NCBI RefSeq assembly: GCF_009914755.1
Contig: NC_060943.1
Direction: 5' to 3' (one strand)
DNA length: 64,000 nucleotides
Source: the human T2T-CHM13v2.0 reference genome, Homo sapiens
In this document: one piece after another, positions 1 through 18,828 of the stretch
Layout: each line of letters begins with the position of its first letter
Numbering within the stretch: the first letter of the stretch is position 1
Program-made: the position numbers and the translations under genes
The notes under the pieces: model-generated
The model's database searches: none
Told to the model about the DNA's origin: nothing
The model's input: the letters and a program-made list of their open reading frames with translations, nothing else

Positions 1-272
1 GGGTCTTGCTCTGTTGCTCAGGCTGGAGTACAGTGGTGCAGTCACAGCTCACTGTAGCCTCTGCCGCCCAGGCTCAAGCGATCCTCCCACCTCAGCCTAC
101 TGAGTAGCTGGGACCACGGACACATGCTGCCACACCCAGTTAACTTTTTTGCATTTTGTCGGTAGACACATGGTCTCACCATGTTACCCAGACTGGTCTC
201 AAACTCCTGGACTCAAAAATGATCCTCCTGCCTCGGCCTCACAAAGAGCTGGGGTACAAGTGTGAGCCACCC
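1..272 (-). mobile_element. Alu (AluJ-like)
   Basis: Antisense Alu consensus. Confidence 0.9.
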
Positions 273-944
273 ACCAGCCCTCAGTTGTCCCATCCATCTC
301 ATCCTGAAGGCCCCGCTGCACAAACAACCCTGTGACCAGAGAACGTCTGTCCTTGAAATTCCGCAGTTGCTTTTCGAAAGGCCCTGATCCTTTTCAAAGG
401 AAAATCGGAGCATCCGCCTCCCGTGCCTAACTCTGCAATCAGTTCTTACTATTTTCTCAGAATAAAACTCCCACTCCTTCTCATGGCCCATAATCAGTAG
501 GAGCTACAGAATGCTTTTCTGGAGGGGCTTGGAACAGCAGCCTTGCTGGAAAGGGACGTCCGGAGAATTTGCATTAGCGCTTAGAGTCCTGAACACCCGT
601 TGTTCTTGCTGTATAGAAACGTTGAGAAGAGCTGATAGAATTCAGATCGACAAGGCTGTAGTAAGCACCTACTGTATACCAGGTGGGAATGTAAAATGAT
701 GCAATTACTGTGGAAAACACTTTGCAGTTCCTAAAAAATTAAGTGGAGAATTTCCATATGACCCAGCAACCCTGCCTCTGCATAGAGACCCCAAACAGTT
801 GGAAGCAAGGACTCGACTCAGACTGATATGTGTACACCCATATCCACAACAGCATCATTTCCAAGAGCCAAAAGGTGGGAGCAGCCCAAATGTCCATCCA
901 TGGATGAAGAGAAACAAAATGTGGTTTGTACACAGCAGAATGTA

Positions 945-1509
<565 letters not shown>

Positions 1510-2011
1510 TAGTTCAGCTGTAAAAAGGAAGGAAATTCTGACACATGCTACAGCATGGGGGAACCTTGAGGACATCATGCTAACTTAAATTAGGCAGTCA
1601 CAAAAATACAAAGACTGTATGATCCTAGTTATATGAGGTCCCTAGAGGAGGCAACTTCACAGAGACAGAAAGAAGGTGGCATGGTGGCAGCCAGGGGCTT
1701 GGGGGAGATGGGATGGAGAGTTCATGTTTGATGGATGCAGAGTTTCAGTTGGGAAAACGAAGGCGTTCTGGAGATGGATTCACTCACCCATGTGAATGTA
1801 TTTAACCCCACAGAACTCTACACTTTGAATTGGTTCATTTTATGTTACCTATATTTTACCATAATGAAAAAATTAAAAATAAAGATGTACATGAACCACT
1901 GGTGAGGTCTCTGCGGGGTTAATCGTCTTCATCTCCGCTTCCTTGCAGGTCTGACATCAGTAGCGCTTCCATTTCCACTCAGCAACATTTACCTGGTTTT
2001 TCATCATAAAG

Positions 2012-2125
2012 GGCTTAGGCTGTTGCCATGGAAACTGCAGCAAGACTGGGAAAGGGGAGGGGGCTGCGAGGGAGCAAAGAGAGAGCTTGGAGACTGGAAT
2101 TTTCCAGGCTCTGAGCTCACGCTGT
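2012..2125 (+). promoter_or_regulatory. X-box/kB module copy 1
   Basis: GTTGCCATGGAAAC at 2022-2035, 60-nt purine-rich spacer, GGAATTTTCC at 2096-2105, then AGGCTCTG. Confidence 0.8.
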
Positions 2126-2339
2126 ATGCTTCCTTTGTGATAAGTCACTGAGTGAAAATGTGGGTCTTTGTCCACAATAGCATGGTCGCTCTTCATTCCT
2201 CAGTGAGACTCTCTCACGGAGGTGATGAACACACAGCAGTCAGCCCAGTGCCAAATCTCCTAAGAGCCAGGTTTCTCTGTGGGTCCCCTCTGGATTGACA
2301 CTTGCGTATGGACCTTGGGAAAGAGATTCTCATTTCCTC

Positions 2340-3087
2340 TTCTTATTATTTTTTAACTTTTATTTTAGGTTCATGGGTACGTGTGCTGGTTTGTTACGGA
2401 AGTACATTGTGTGTCGTGGGGGTTTGGTGTACAGATTATTTCATCACCAAGGTAATGAGCATCATACCCAACAGGTAGCTTTTTGATCCACTCCCTCCTC
2501 CCATCTTCCACCGTCAAATAGGCCCTGGTGTCTTTTGTTCCCTTCTCTGTGTCCATTTGCACTCATTGTTTAGCCCTCACGTATAAGTGAGAACATGTGG
2601 TATTTGGTTTTCTGTTCCTGTGTTAGTTCAATAAGGATAATGACCTCCAGTTCTATCCATGTTACTGCAAAGGACACAATCTCTTTTTCATGGCTGTGTA
2701 GTATTCCATAGTGTATCTATGCTACATTTTCTTTCTCCAGTCCACTGTTGATGGGCATCTAGATTGATTCCATGTCTTTGCTATTGTTGATAGTACTGTG
2801 ATGAACATACACGTGCATGTGTCTTTATGATGGAATGATTTATATTCCTTTGGGTATATACCCCATAATGGGATTGCTGAGCCAAATGGTACTTCTGTTT
2901 TAAGTTATTTGAGAAATCTCCAAACTGTTTTCCACAGTGGCTGAACTAATTTACATTCCCACCAGCAGTGTGTAAGTGCTCCTTTTTCCCCCCAGCCTCA
3001 CCAGCATCTGTTATTTTTTGACTTTTCAATAATAGTCATTCTGACTAGAGTGAGAAGGTGTGTCATTGCGGCTTTGATTTGCATCTC
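2340..3087 (-). mobile_element. L1 3' end (L1PB/MA-like)
   Basis: Antisense L1 3'UTR/ORF2 end. Confidence 0.85.
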
Positions 3088-3152
3088 ACAACCCCTTTCA
3101 GAAGTGCTTAAAGGATATGAACAGATATTTTTTCAAAAGAAGACATGCAGAT

Positions 3153-3536
<384 letters not shown>

Positions 3537-3713
3537 TTACAAAAGGAGCAAAACCATTTCTACTCTCCTCCTTAGCATGTTGACTTCTAAAAACAGGCTT
3601 TGTGCCACTGAAACGTGAGTCAAGTACAGTTTTGGGCTAATTGTTTACTAGCTGGTTTATATAACAGTAACTCTAACTGTGGACCAGCAACCACAATAAC
3701 AAAAAGCACTTGC

Positions 3714-4006
<293 letters not shown>

Positions 4007-6081
4007 TTATTCAGCCAGTCACTTCATGTATGAGTTATCTATTGCTGTGTAACAAATCATCTGAACTTAGTGGTGGAAACTACACATATTAACTGAGACT
4101 CTGTGTGTCTCATGAGGCTGGAGTCAAGACCTCAGCTGGGCAGTTCCTTTCAGGGGCTCAGAGTCCTCCTCCAAGTTCACCAGGTTGTTGGCAGAATTCA
4201 GTCATTTAAGGCTGTAGGACTGAGGTCCCACATTTTTGTCAGTAGTTTTTTGCTGTGTGGCCTCCTCGCAACATGGCGGTTCACTTCATCATGTGCTGAT
4301 CATTGCCTTTTAAAAAATCATTTGTAGCTTGCACAGTGGTGCACACCTGCAGTCCCACATACTCGGGAGGATGAGGTGGGAGGAGCGCTTGAGCCCAGGA
4401 GCTCAAGGTTTCTGTGAGCTATGATCACACCTATGAATAGCCACTGCACTGCAGCCTGGCCAACATAGTGAGACCTCCGTTTCAAAATGATTACTTAAAT
4501 AATTAAAAAATCATTTGTGACTCCAGCTGATTTAGAAATATGCCATCTGATTCTTTTCTTATTGCAATAAAATATACATAATATCCACAATTTTGACCAT
4601 TTTTTAGTGTACAATTCAGTGGCATTAGGTACAGTCACATCGCTGTGCAACCATCACCGCCATCCATCTCTAGAACTGTTTCATCTTCCCAAATGGAAAT
4701 TCTGTCTCTGTTAAACGCTCATTCCCCTTTCCCCCTCCCCCAGGTCTTGGCAACCAGCTTTCTACTTTCTCTCTATGAATTCAGCAACTCCAGGTACCTC
4801 GTATCAGCAGAATCATACGATATTTGATTTTTTGTGTGTCTGGTTTATGTCACTTGGCATAGTGTCCTCAAGGTTCCTGACTGACACAGGAGCCTAATTT
4901 CTGGCCAATGTCCTTCTCCAGGGGAGGATGGCCGCTATCGGGTCTAGAGTAGACAATGGATGAAGAGAACTAGAATGACTTAAGATTGATCCAGATGGTG
5001 GGAGATGCTCAAAGCTTTTGTGAGAACGAGAAGGAAAGCACAGGGAGGAGGAATACTGTAACTGAAGCTGGTGCACTCTGAAAACAAGAGTCACAATGTG
5101 AGCATAACACCAGCCCCGCCAAGTGCCCTCCTGATTCATGAGTAAAATGCCCAACGAAGCCCAAGAGCTATGAACGGAACCATCAATCAAAGAGACTTAA
5201 TGGTTTTCTTGGAAGCAGCTCAGCATAGCCAATGATGTTGAGACACCCATTTCCAATATATTAAAAGGTGTCAAATGTTCACAGTCTTTTTGGCAGATAG
5301 TGTCTCTGGAACATTCTTTAACAAGCTGTCTGCTAATTTTAAGAGCATCTGATCTTATTCTCATGGTTTGAGGCATGGTGGCCACGGTTGGGAACGGCCA
5401 TCACTGTGCCTGGCTCAGCAAACACCACCTCGGGTGGTGCCGCAGCTGGTTCTCGCATTTCAAGTCTATGAGATCCTCTCTCACCACTTGCGTGAAAATA
5501 GCTCCCTACCCCAATCCTCCACATTAATTTGGGACTTAACTTTTCTCACCCTCTGACAGTTTTTTTTCCTGTTTCTGTCACTAGAATGAAGCCTTTCGGA
5601 GGGCATGGGCTCACCGGAATCCTGTGTGTAGCAGGATGCCTAGCACAGAGTGGGAATGCTAAATACTTGTTAAAGGAGTGAATTAATATTTGGAAGGAAT
5701 GAATGACTCTTCTGATTGCCTAAGTCCTGGAGGAGTAGAGATGGTGCCCGTTTTAACTTCCCTTTTATCCTGCATGCTTAGAACAGCATCTGATGCACAA
5801 CTGGTGTCTGTTGACTGACTCGATGAGTGAATGAGGGAACAAGTAATGTCTAGACCACAGGAGCCTGCAGTAGAGTAGTGGGTCCCGGAGACGTCCACAG
5901 GACAAGTGGGGCCGCTTCCCCGACCTCGCTCCCATTCCGCAACGCTCCTTTGTATTTGAACATAAATGAAGTAGGGGCGAGGGCCTGCAGGCTGGAGAAC
6001 CTCCCCTGGCCCTTTCATCCCCTCCTAACCCAGGCTGGGTTAACGACAGCGGCCCCATCTTGGTCCTTCCTCGGGGCTCTT

Positions 6082-6215
6082 GTTTCTTAGCAACCCAGGC
6101 AAACTCCATCTGTTACCATGGAAACTGCAGCCGGGATGAGGAAGTGGAGGTGGCTGAAAATCAGTAGACAGAACCTCAGAGGATGGAATATTCTGGAATC
6201 TTGTATCAGACTGAG
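6082..6215 (+). promoter_or_regulatory. X-box/kB module copy 2 (double X-box)
   Basis: GTTTCTTAGCAAC at 6082-6094, 17-nt gap, GTTACCATGGAAAC at 6112-6125, 59-nt spacer, GGAATATTCT at 6185-6194. Confidence 0.75.
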
Positions 6216-6270
6216 TGTGCACTTAAAATTTTTAGCTTAGAACCGACTCGTTTCTCATTTATTTTTGTGA

Positions 6271-6685
<415 letters not shown>

Positions 6686-7074
6686 TAATTCAGTTTCTGA
6701 GGACCCCACCCTCATGATCTAATCGTCTCCAAAGGCTCCACTTCTAAACACCATCGCACTTGGGGTTAAGACTTTGACACATGAATTTTGGGGGCACATT
6801 CAGACCATAGCAAACCCTTAGCTCGGGATCCGTGCTTGATACGTGTTAATGATTTTGAACTTCATTAAGATGAAAGTAAGAGAAGACGCGATGAAGGCAG
6901 CTGTCACTGGTCTCGGTGTTCACTGTCCTGGGATCTGCCCAGCCGAGGGGCTTCATTACTCATCGGAGAGAAAAGTGAGTGGGGGACTCCCACTCCTTGG
7001 GGCTCAGTTCTTTATTCTTTCAATAAATGCTTCATACAGGTCTACTGTGTCAGAGGTCATGGTTAAGAACCAAC

Positions 7075-7200
7075 TCCAAAGACTGGAAAATTCCAGTTTC
7101 CGGGGCCCTCCCGGCCCCTTCCTCAGCTCCCCCCACCTTTCCGCCCTCCAGCTGCAGTTTCCATGGTGATAGTCTGAGCCTCCCTCTGTTGCTAAGGGCA
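7075..7200 (-). promoter_or_regulatory. X-box/kB module copy 3 (inverted, double X-box)
   Basis: + strand shows GGAAAATTCC at 7085-7094, 62-nt spacer, GTTTCCATGGTGAT at 7157-7170, 17-nt gap, GTTGCTAAGGGCA at 7188-7200. Confidence 0.8.
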
Positions 7201-7429
7201 GATAAACGGTCAGGAGAGGGAGCAGGTCACATAGGTTGATTAATCTCCCTGAGAGATGGTGGTGGGCATGGGAGGGGAGGGGAAGGAAAGAGGGAAAGAG
7301 ACCCAAGGGGCTCAAGTCTGCAAACCCCCATCTATCATTCATGCACAGCCTTTGCGTGCCTTTGAATAGGGGTTTGCAGAAGAAGAGAAATGTGCCTGTG
7401 GAGAGAATATTTTAAATGTATTCTCTGAA

Positions 7430-7765
7430 CCAGGCGGGGTGGGTCACGCCTGTAATCCCAGCACTTTGGGAGGACGAGGCAGGTGGGTCACCTGAGATCA
7501 GGAGTTCGAGAACAGCCTGGCCAACATGGTGAAACCCCATCTCTACTAAAAATACAAAAATTAGCCGGGGGCGGTTGTGGGCACCTGTAATCTCAGCTAC
7601 TAGGGAGGCTGAGGCAGGAGAATTGCTTGAACTGGGAAGCGGAGGTTGCGGTGAGCCAAGATCGCCCCACTGCACTCCAGCCTGGGCAACAGAGTGAGAC
7701 CCTGCCTCAAAAAATAAATAAGTAATAAATAAAATATATAAAATAAAATAAATAAAAAATAAAAT
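7430..7765 (+). mobile_element. Alu (AluS)
   Basis: Alu consensus. Confidence 0.9.
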
Positions 7766-8604
7766 CTATTCTGTTAGCAATTTGAAAACACACAATACAT
7801 TGTGTGAGGTGATAGCTGTGTTAATTAGCTTGAGTTCATCATTCCACAATGCACACGTATATTAAAACATCACATCGTACTCCATAAATATGTACAATAA
7901 GTATTTACCTATTAAAAATAATTTTTTGAAAAGATCTCACATACATACAAACAAAAAAAAAAAACCCATGCATGTGAGGGTCTCTGCAGAGTCAGTTAGA
8001 AATCACGTATCTCCTGCATCTTCTGGCAATAACAGCATTATCTATCATCAGAATTCAAGTTATCTGATAAACATTGACTGAGACTTTCTGCAGGTCAAGC
8101 CCTTGTCCGTGGGCAGAAAATAAATGTCCGGCAAATGGGGCCGAGCCTGCCTTCCTGCGCTCTGTTTGTGTGGGAGGTGGATCCATTCATTCCAAAAGTT
8201 AGATCATTTATTTTTAAAAGATGTTGATTTTCTTCTAGGAGGCAGGTATCATGCTAGACATTGGGGAAACAGCAAGGAGTAAGACAGGCCTTGCAAGGGC
8301 TGCCTTGCAGCAAAGGAGACAGAAAATGAACTCACATATTTCACGTATTATACCATCAGAAAGTCCATTAGGCCTATGAAGAAAAATACAGCAGGGAATC
8401 CAAAGATATTAACACGGCAGGACTGCTTTAGATGCAGGATGCTAAGGAAGTGGTGATGGCTGAGCAGAAAGTTGAGTGAGGGAGAGAGTCACATTCTCAG
8501 GACTCTCTGGGGTAGGAAGAGGGGGACAGATGGGAGTGCAAAGGCCCCGAGGCAGGAAGAGGTAAAGCAGGTGCAAGGAATTCCATGGCAAGGAATTCTT
8601 TGCA

Positions 8605-9135
8605 CAAGAACTTAAAACAGAACTACCATTCCACCCAGCAATCCCATTGTTGGGCATATATCCAAAGGAATACGAATTGTCCTACCATAAAGACACACGC
8701 GTGTATATGTCCATCACAGTATTGTTCACAATAGCAAAGACGTGGAGTCAACCTAGGGGCCCATCAGTGGTGGACTGGATAAAGAAAATATGGTACCTGT
8801 GCACCATGGAATACTATGCAGCTATAAAAAAGAATGAAATCATGGCCTTTTGCAGCAACGTGGATGGTGCTGGAGGCCATTATCCCAAGCAAATTAACAG
8901 GAACAGAAAATCAAACACCACATGTTCTCACTTTTAAGTGGGAACTAAACATTGGGTACTCATGGACATAAAGATTAGAAAAATAGACACTGTAGACTAC
9001 TAGAGGGAGGAGGGAGGGGGTAAGGATTGAAAAACTATCTATTAGGTACTACGCTCAGTGCCTGAGTGACAGGTTCAGTCATACCCCAACTCTCAGCATC
9101 ATGCAATATATGCATGTAATAGACCTGCACATACT
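8605..9135 (+). mobile_element. L1 3' end (L1MA-like)
   Basis: ORF2 C-terminal remnant (YPKE...WIKKIW) plus 3'UTR. Confidence 0.85.
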
Positions 9136-9267
9136 TGTTTTTCTGATTTCACCAGTTTTTTTCCTCGAGGTATCATTCTATGAAAGTGTATCTCATTCAT
9201 GTGACTATCATCATATCCGAATACAGAACTGTTCTATCGCCACATATACAAACAAAAAATAAAAACA

Positions 9268-9655
<388 letters not shown>

Positions 9656-10220
9656 CTAGACAGAAAATCCGTTTCTCTACCACGTTAGGACGCAGTATGA
9701 GGATGATGATGACCTGCAAACCAGGAAGAGGCCTCACCAGAAACAGACCATGCTGGCATCCTGATCTCAGAATTCCAGCCTCCCAAACTGTGAGGAGTAA
9801 ACTTCTGTTGTTGATAAGCCATCCAGTCAGTGACATTTTGTTATGGCAGCAGCCCAAACAGACTAAGAGCTTTCATGGATTTTCTCAATTAGTCATTCCA
9901 CCAACCCTATGGCGTATGCTATAATTATCTCCATTTAACGGATGAGGAAACTGAGGCTTGGTCGGGAGGTCCAAGGTCAGACAGCTTGAGAACGGCAGCT
10001 CCTGGAGTCAGATCCAGGATGGTGGCATCCGAGGCAGAGGATGAGAACTGGAGGTCACGGGGAGAGCTTCTGTGGATTCTGGATGGGAGAGAGGAGCGGT
10101 GACAGTCTGTGCTGCAGGGCGAGCCTTGCCTGACCTCCCTTGGATGCCTCAATCTGCTTCTGCCTGCTGCTTGCTCTCTCATTTCATCCTCTATAAAATA
10201 GGATGCAGCAGCAACACCAC

Positions 10221-10530
10221 TTTTTTTTTCTTTTTTTAGACAGGGTCTTGCTCTGTCGCTCAGGCAGGGGTGCAGTGGCACGATCTCTGCTCAGCTGCAA
10301 CCTCCGCTTCCTGGGCTCAAGTGGTCCTCCTGGCTCATCCTCCTGAGTAGCTGGGACTACAGGTGTGCACCACCACACCACACCACACCAGCCTAATCTT
10401 TTTTTTTTTTTTTGACTCAGGGTTTCACCTTTGTTGCCTACGTTGGTCTCAAACTCCCAGGCTCAAGCATTTCGCCAACCTTGGCCTCCCAAAATGCTGG
10501 GATTACAGGCATGAGCTACCACCCCTGGCC
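10221..10530 (-). mobile_element. Alu (AluJ-like)
   Basis: Antisense Alu. Confidence 0.9.
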
Positions 10531-10669
10531 AGTGATACCACTTCTGTACAGAAGTGTATTTCTTGCAAAATTTACAGAAGTATATTTGTTGCAAGGTTTG
10601 CAAAAGTGTATTACAGAAGCGTATTTGTTGCAAAGTGTGCAGAAGTGTATTCATCGCGAGGGGTTACAG

Positions 10670-11092
10670 GAGTGCATTTGTTTCCTAGCACTGCTGTGAT
10701 GAAGTACTACAGACTGGATGGTTTAAAGCAACAGAAATGTATTCTCTCATCGTTCTGGAGGCCAGAAGTCTGAAATCAAGTTGTTGGCAGGGCTGGTTCC
10801 TCCTGAGGACTTTGAGGGAGACTCTTTTCGTTTCTTGCTTTTTCCCTAGCTTTTGGCGGTTTGCTGGCTTGTAGATACATCATCCCAATCCCCCATCTTT
10901 ACAGTGTGCCTGCGTTCACCTGGCTGTCTTCTCCTAAAGGCATCTGTCCTGTGGGATCAGGGACCCAGCCTACTACAGGAGGACCTCATTGTAACTAATT
11001 GTATCAGCAGTGACCCTGTTTTCACATTCTAAGGTACTAGTGGTCAGGACTTCAACATATGTTTTTGTGGGATATGAAATCCAACCCATAAC
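10670..11092 (-). mobile_element. MaLR LTR (MLT1-type)
   Basis: TTCTGGAGGCCAGAAGTCTGAAATCAAG ... CAACCCATAAC, typical of MLT1. Confidence 0.75.
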
Positions 11093-11344
11093 GAGGAGGT
11101 AGAGTGTGTGCCAGTGTTCATCACTGTTTGCAGCACATATAATAGTAAACTCTCCATGAAAGCTCTATACTAGGCTCAGAAGGGCCCTGAGGACACCACG
11201 ATTATACACATTCATTTGTTTTTATTTTGTAGTTCTGATGAAGGAGCTGGACACCCTTGCCCCAGCCTCCAGTGCCATCTGCCCAGACGGAAGGATGGGA
11301 AGAGTGTAGACATGAAAGTTGAGTCTCAGAAAAGGTAGAACCCA

Positions 11345-11714
11345 GGCTGGGAGTGGTGGCTCACTCCCCTGTAATCCCAGCACTTTGGGAGGCCGAGGTG
11401 GGCGGATCACCTGAGGTCAGGAGTTCAAGACCAGCCTGGCCAACATGGTGAAACCCCATCTCTACTAAAAACACAAAAATTAAACAGACATGGTGGTGGG
11501 TGCCTCTAGTCCCAGCTACTTGGGAGGCTGAGGCAGGAGAATCACTTGAACTGGGAGGCGGAGGTTGCAGTGAGCTGAGATCTCACCACTGCACTCCAGG
11601 CTGGGTGACAGAGCAAGACTCTATCTCAAAAAAAGGAAAGGAAAGGAAGAAAGAAAGAGAAAGAGAGAGAGAGAGAAAGAGAAAAGAAGGAAGGAAGGAA
11701 GGAAAAGAAAGAAG

Positions 11715-11745
<31 letters not shown>
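11345..11745 (+). mobile_element. Alu with GA-rich tail
   Basis: Alu consensus. Confidence 0.9.
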
Positions 11746-12044
11746 ACCCAGGTGAGGCACAGGACATGTGTGGTGACCAGGCTTGCCCAGCAGTGTCCTA
11801 ATCCCCCACCCAGCCTTTGGCACACAGGGCCTTTAACAGAGGGATTGGAGGTATGAAGTGGGAACAGGACCCCAAGGTGGGGCCGTTGTAATTGGCTATG
11901 AAAAGGCAATGGGTGGTGACGGCGGGACTGGAGAGAAGGGGAATGATTGAGAGGTTCATGGGGAGAGGGTGGATGCAGAAGTGGAATCATTGAGAGGTTC
12001 ATGGGAAGTAGGTGGACGTAGAAGAGATAGAATCGATGGTGGTA

Positions 12045-13310
<1,266 letters not shown>

Positions 13311-13750
13311 GGCGTAAGCAATGCTGCGTGGTTTCCAAGACTGGGTCAGAAATGGGGTAAAACCACGTCCAGACTGTCCTGGGAACGTTCCTTTGCAGCT
13401 GGGGTAAGACATCCAGCTGGGCAGAAGTGGCCACGCAGGAAAGGCTGTTTGGGAGGACCACCCAGAGGTAGAGATGCTGGGTGTCCAGCCATCCCAGTGC
13501 CCAGTGCCCACCTCCTCCCAGGTCGGGCATGACACGTGGGCGCAGACGCCTTCAAAAGGACTCAGCCCTGAGCGTCATCACTGACCGCAGCCACTGGAGA
13601 GGGCATGAGCGAGAACAGAGGTAGCTGAGCCCAGTCACAACCAAGAAACAGAGAGAGAATAGCAGATGGTGACTGTTGCCTTAAGCCAGGGTGCGAGCTG
13701 AGGGCTGGCTGCTTTTTGCAATTTAAATTTTTATTTAATTTTAATTTTAA

Positions 13751-15490
<1,740 letters not shown>

Positions 15491-15497
15491 GAATGAA

Positions 15498-15536
<39 letters not shown>

Positions 15537-15674
15537 GTACAATATGATGTTCTGATCTAGGTATACATTTGGAATGGTTATATCAAGCTAATTATCCATC
15601 ACCTCACCTACTTACCATTTTTGTGATGAGAACATTTAAAATCTACTCTTAGCAATTTTAAAATATTCAGTACA

Positions 15675-15997
<323 letters not shown>

Positions 15998-16419
15998 GTT
16001 GATCAAAGGGTACAAAGTTTCACTCAGACAGGAGAAGTAAGTTTTAGTGATCTATCATACAGCATAGCAGCTGTAGTGAATAATAACACATCGTGTATTT
16101 CAAAACTAGAATAGTAGATTTTAAATGTTTTCGCCACAAAAAATGATAAGTAGGTGAAGTAATGGATACGTTAATTAGCTTGATTTAATCATTCCACAAT
16201 GTATACATATATCAAAACATCACGTTGTACCCAATAAATACATACAATTATTACACGTCAATTTAAACATTTAAAAAATCTAATCTAAAATGCTGTGGAA
16301 TATTTTTCCCTAACAGTAATAATCAATTGGTATTACTCAAATGTCTATATTAACTATCTCGTTCATTTGTTGTTTTTCCGTTTTTTTTTTGTTGTTGTTG
16401 TTGTTTTTGAGGCCATGGA

Positions 16420-16723
<304 letters not shown>

Positions 16724-17148
16724 GAGGCCATGGATTTTTAAGATGCGTATTATTCGAGGCACCATGATAAAAGAAAAATGCTGTTTACTAAATTATGACA
16801 AACGTTTTAAAATCTAAAAAATATGTCAGAATAAATGAGATCCATTATTCTCTTCCTCAAACACCTGTTGCTTCTTTCTTTGTTCCTTGTCTAGAACCTT
16901 ATTCTGTGGTGTTGGTAACGTCTTTATTTGGAAAATCCATCCCGGACTCAGTGCAGGGCCTGCGGGTTAGCAGGAACTCACAGATCCCGGACTCACTGCG
17001 TGGCCTGCGGTTTAGCAGGAACTCATAGATAACTGCCGAATGTGCAAATGCACAAGGGATGCATTTCACTTCTGAAAAATGTGGATCACTATGTTTACAA
17101 TGTCTGGCCTCCTACCTCTTTTAGAAAATTTTAAAACTTAAAAATTTA

Positions 17149-17469
<321 letters not shown>

Positions 17470-17582
17470 TTAAATTAAAAATTATATTATAAGCATATCA
17501 CAGAACATCAGCTGGCCTGGTACTTAGCAAGCATTTAAGAAACACTTGCCACTATTATTAATACTGTTCTTGCCACTTTTTA

Positions 17583-17660
17583 AAGTCACCAGATTGAGCA
17601 AATAAAAATTCAGGCTGCCCAGTAAAATTCGAATTTCAGATAAACAACAAATACTTTTTG
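17583..17660. mobile_element. MER53-like hAT fragment
   Basis: CCAGATTGAGCAAATAAAAAT...GAATTTCAGATAAACAAC. Confidence 0.6.
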
Positions 17661-17664
17661 TGAG

Positions 17665-18520
17665 ATTGCATAGTTTACTGCCCATTGCCAACATGGATGC
17701 ATAGAGTTGATGCTTAAAGGTATGCAAAATTTTTATACTACCAATATTTACATAAGTATTTTGTCAAAAGAAACAACAAATTCTTCAATTAATTTCTGAA
17801 GAGTCTACTTACACAGGCACGAAAACTTATTTTAAATGTCTTCAGAGTATAGGAATACAACAATTTAAGAATAATTTTACCACAAGAGAAGGTATAAATA
17901 GATCAAACAATTTTCTTGCACAGGGTAATAACATTTTAACAATACACAACATTTTTAAAACAAAGATTGTCTTAAGTGGCAACCCAATTATGATAATTAG
18001 AGAGATAAATCTGTAACAAATATCATAAATAATTTTTGAGCACAGAGTGCTGATTCTCTTTTTATCATGGTTTTTTTTTTTTACATAAAAGAAATTTCTT
18101 TATATTTTCCCACCATTGACAATTTATATACTTGGGAATGAGCCTGTTTAAAAAAACAAAAATAAAGAGTATTTGCCATGAATCAAATCCGAGTAACCTG
18201 GAAAAAAATCTGAAAACTTGTAATCAATATATTTTTACTTTTATGATTTTAGACTGTGGTAAAAACCTTATGCATTCTGCAATAGGCATCTTGCCCATTA
18301 CTACAAGAAATGATCCTTACATTTGGATAAACACAAAATACCCCTCGTAATCAGTTCAAATACAGTCTAATACTATATATTATGAAAAGTAGGAAGTATG
18401 GTAAGCAAAGCTAGTACAGTTCTTTTTCAAACCTCAGGCAAGCTGAACAAAAGCTTTTAACCTCAGAGTAATGAAGGACAGGCATCAGTTTCATAAAATG
18501 ATAGATGGCTGTGACAAGCA
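17665..18520 (-). pseudogene. Possible highly decayed Helitron/PIF1-like helicase coding fossil
   Basis: Manual minus-strand translation gives collinear degenerate motifs VVMGKMP, SDFF/QV, WWENIKKFLL, GLPLKTIFVLK..IVKMLL, FVVSFDK and TFKHQLYA. Confidence 0.4.
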
Positions 18521-18828
18521 AAGATTTGTGCAGTTTTTTTGTTTCATTTAAGAATGTAGTGCAATATTAAAGTTTAAAGTTTGTTCAAAATGACAGATCA
18601 TCTGGAAACTAAATTGTAGCAATTGACATCTTTTAGCTGGAAACACTTAGGAAAAATCAGGTTTGCTTGTTTTTAGTTGAAAATGTCAAGATTTACAGCC
18701 ATGGAGACATTGGATGAATCTGGAGGTCAGTGTGCCCTCAGGATGTGTCTTTATGAGCAATTGTTCAAGATTAAAAGAAAATTTATGCTAGAAAATTGTG
18801 TTTTTCTCGGACTAAAAATACTACATCA

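Noticed and set aside
10545-10652. Short ~26-bp tandem repeats (CAGAAGTGTATTTGTTGCAA)
   Set aside because: Small slippage-type duplication with no functional clue
18063-18110. Poly-T suggesting a processed-pseudogene tail
   Set aside because: No TSD or recognisable parent mRNA; similar-looking sequence continues on both sides
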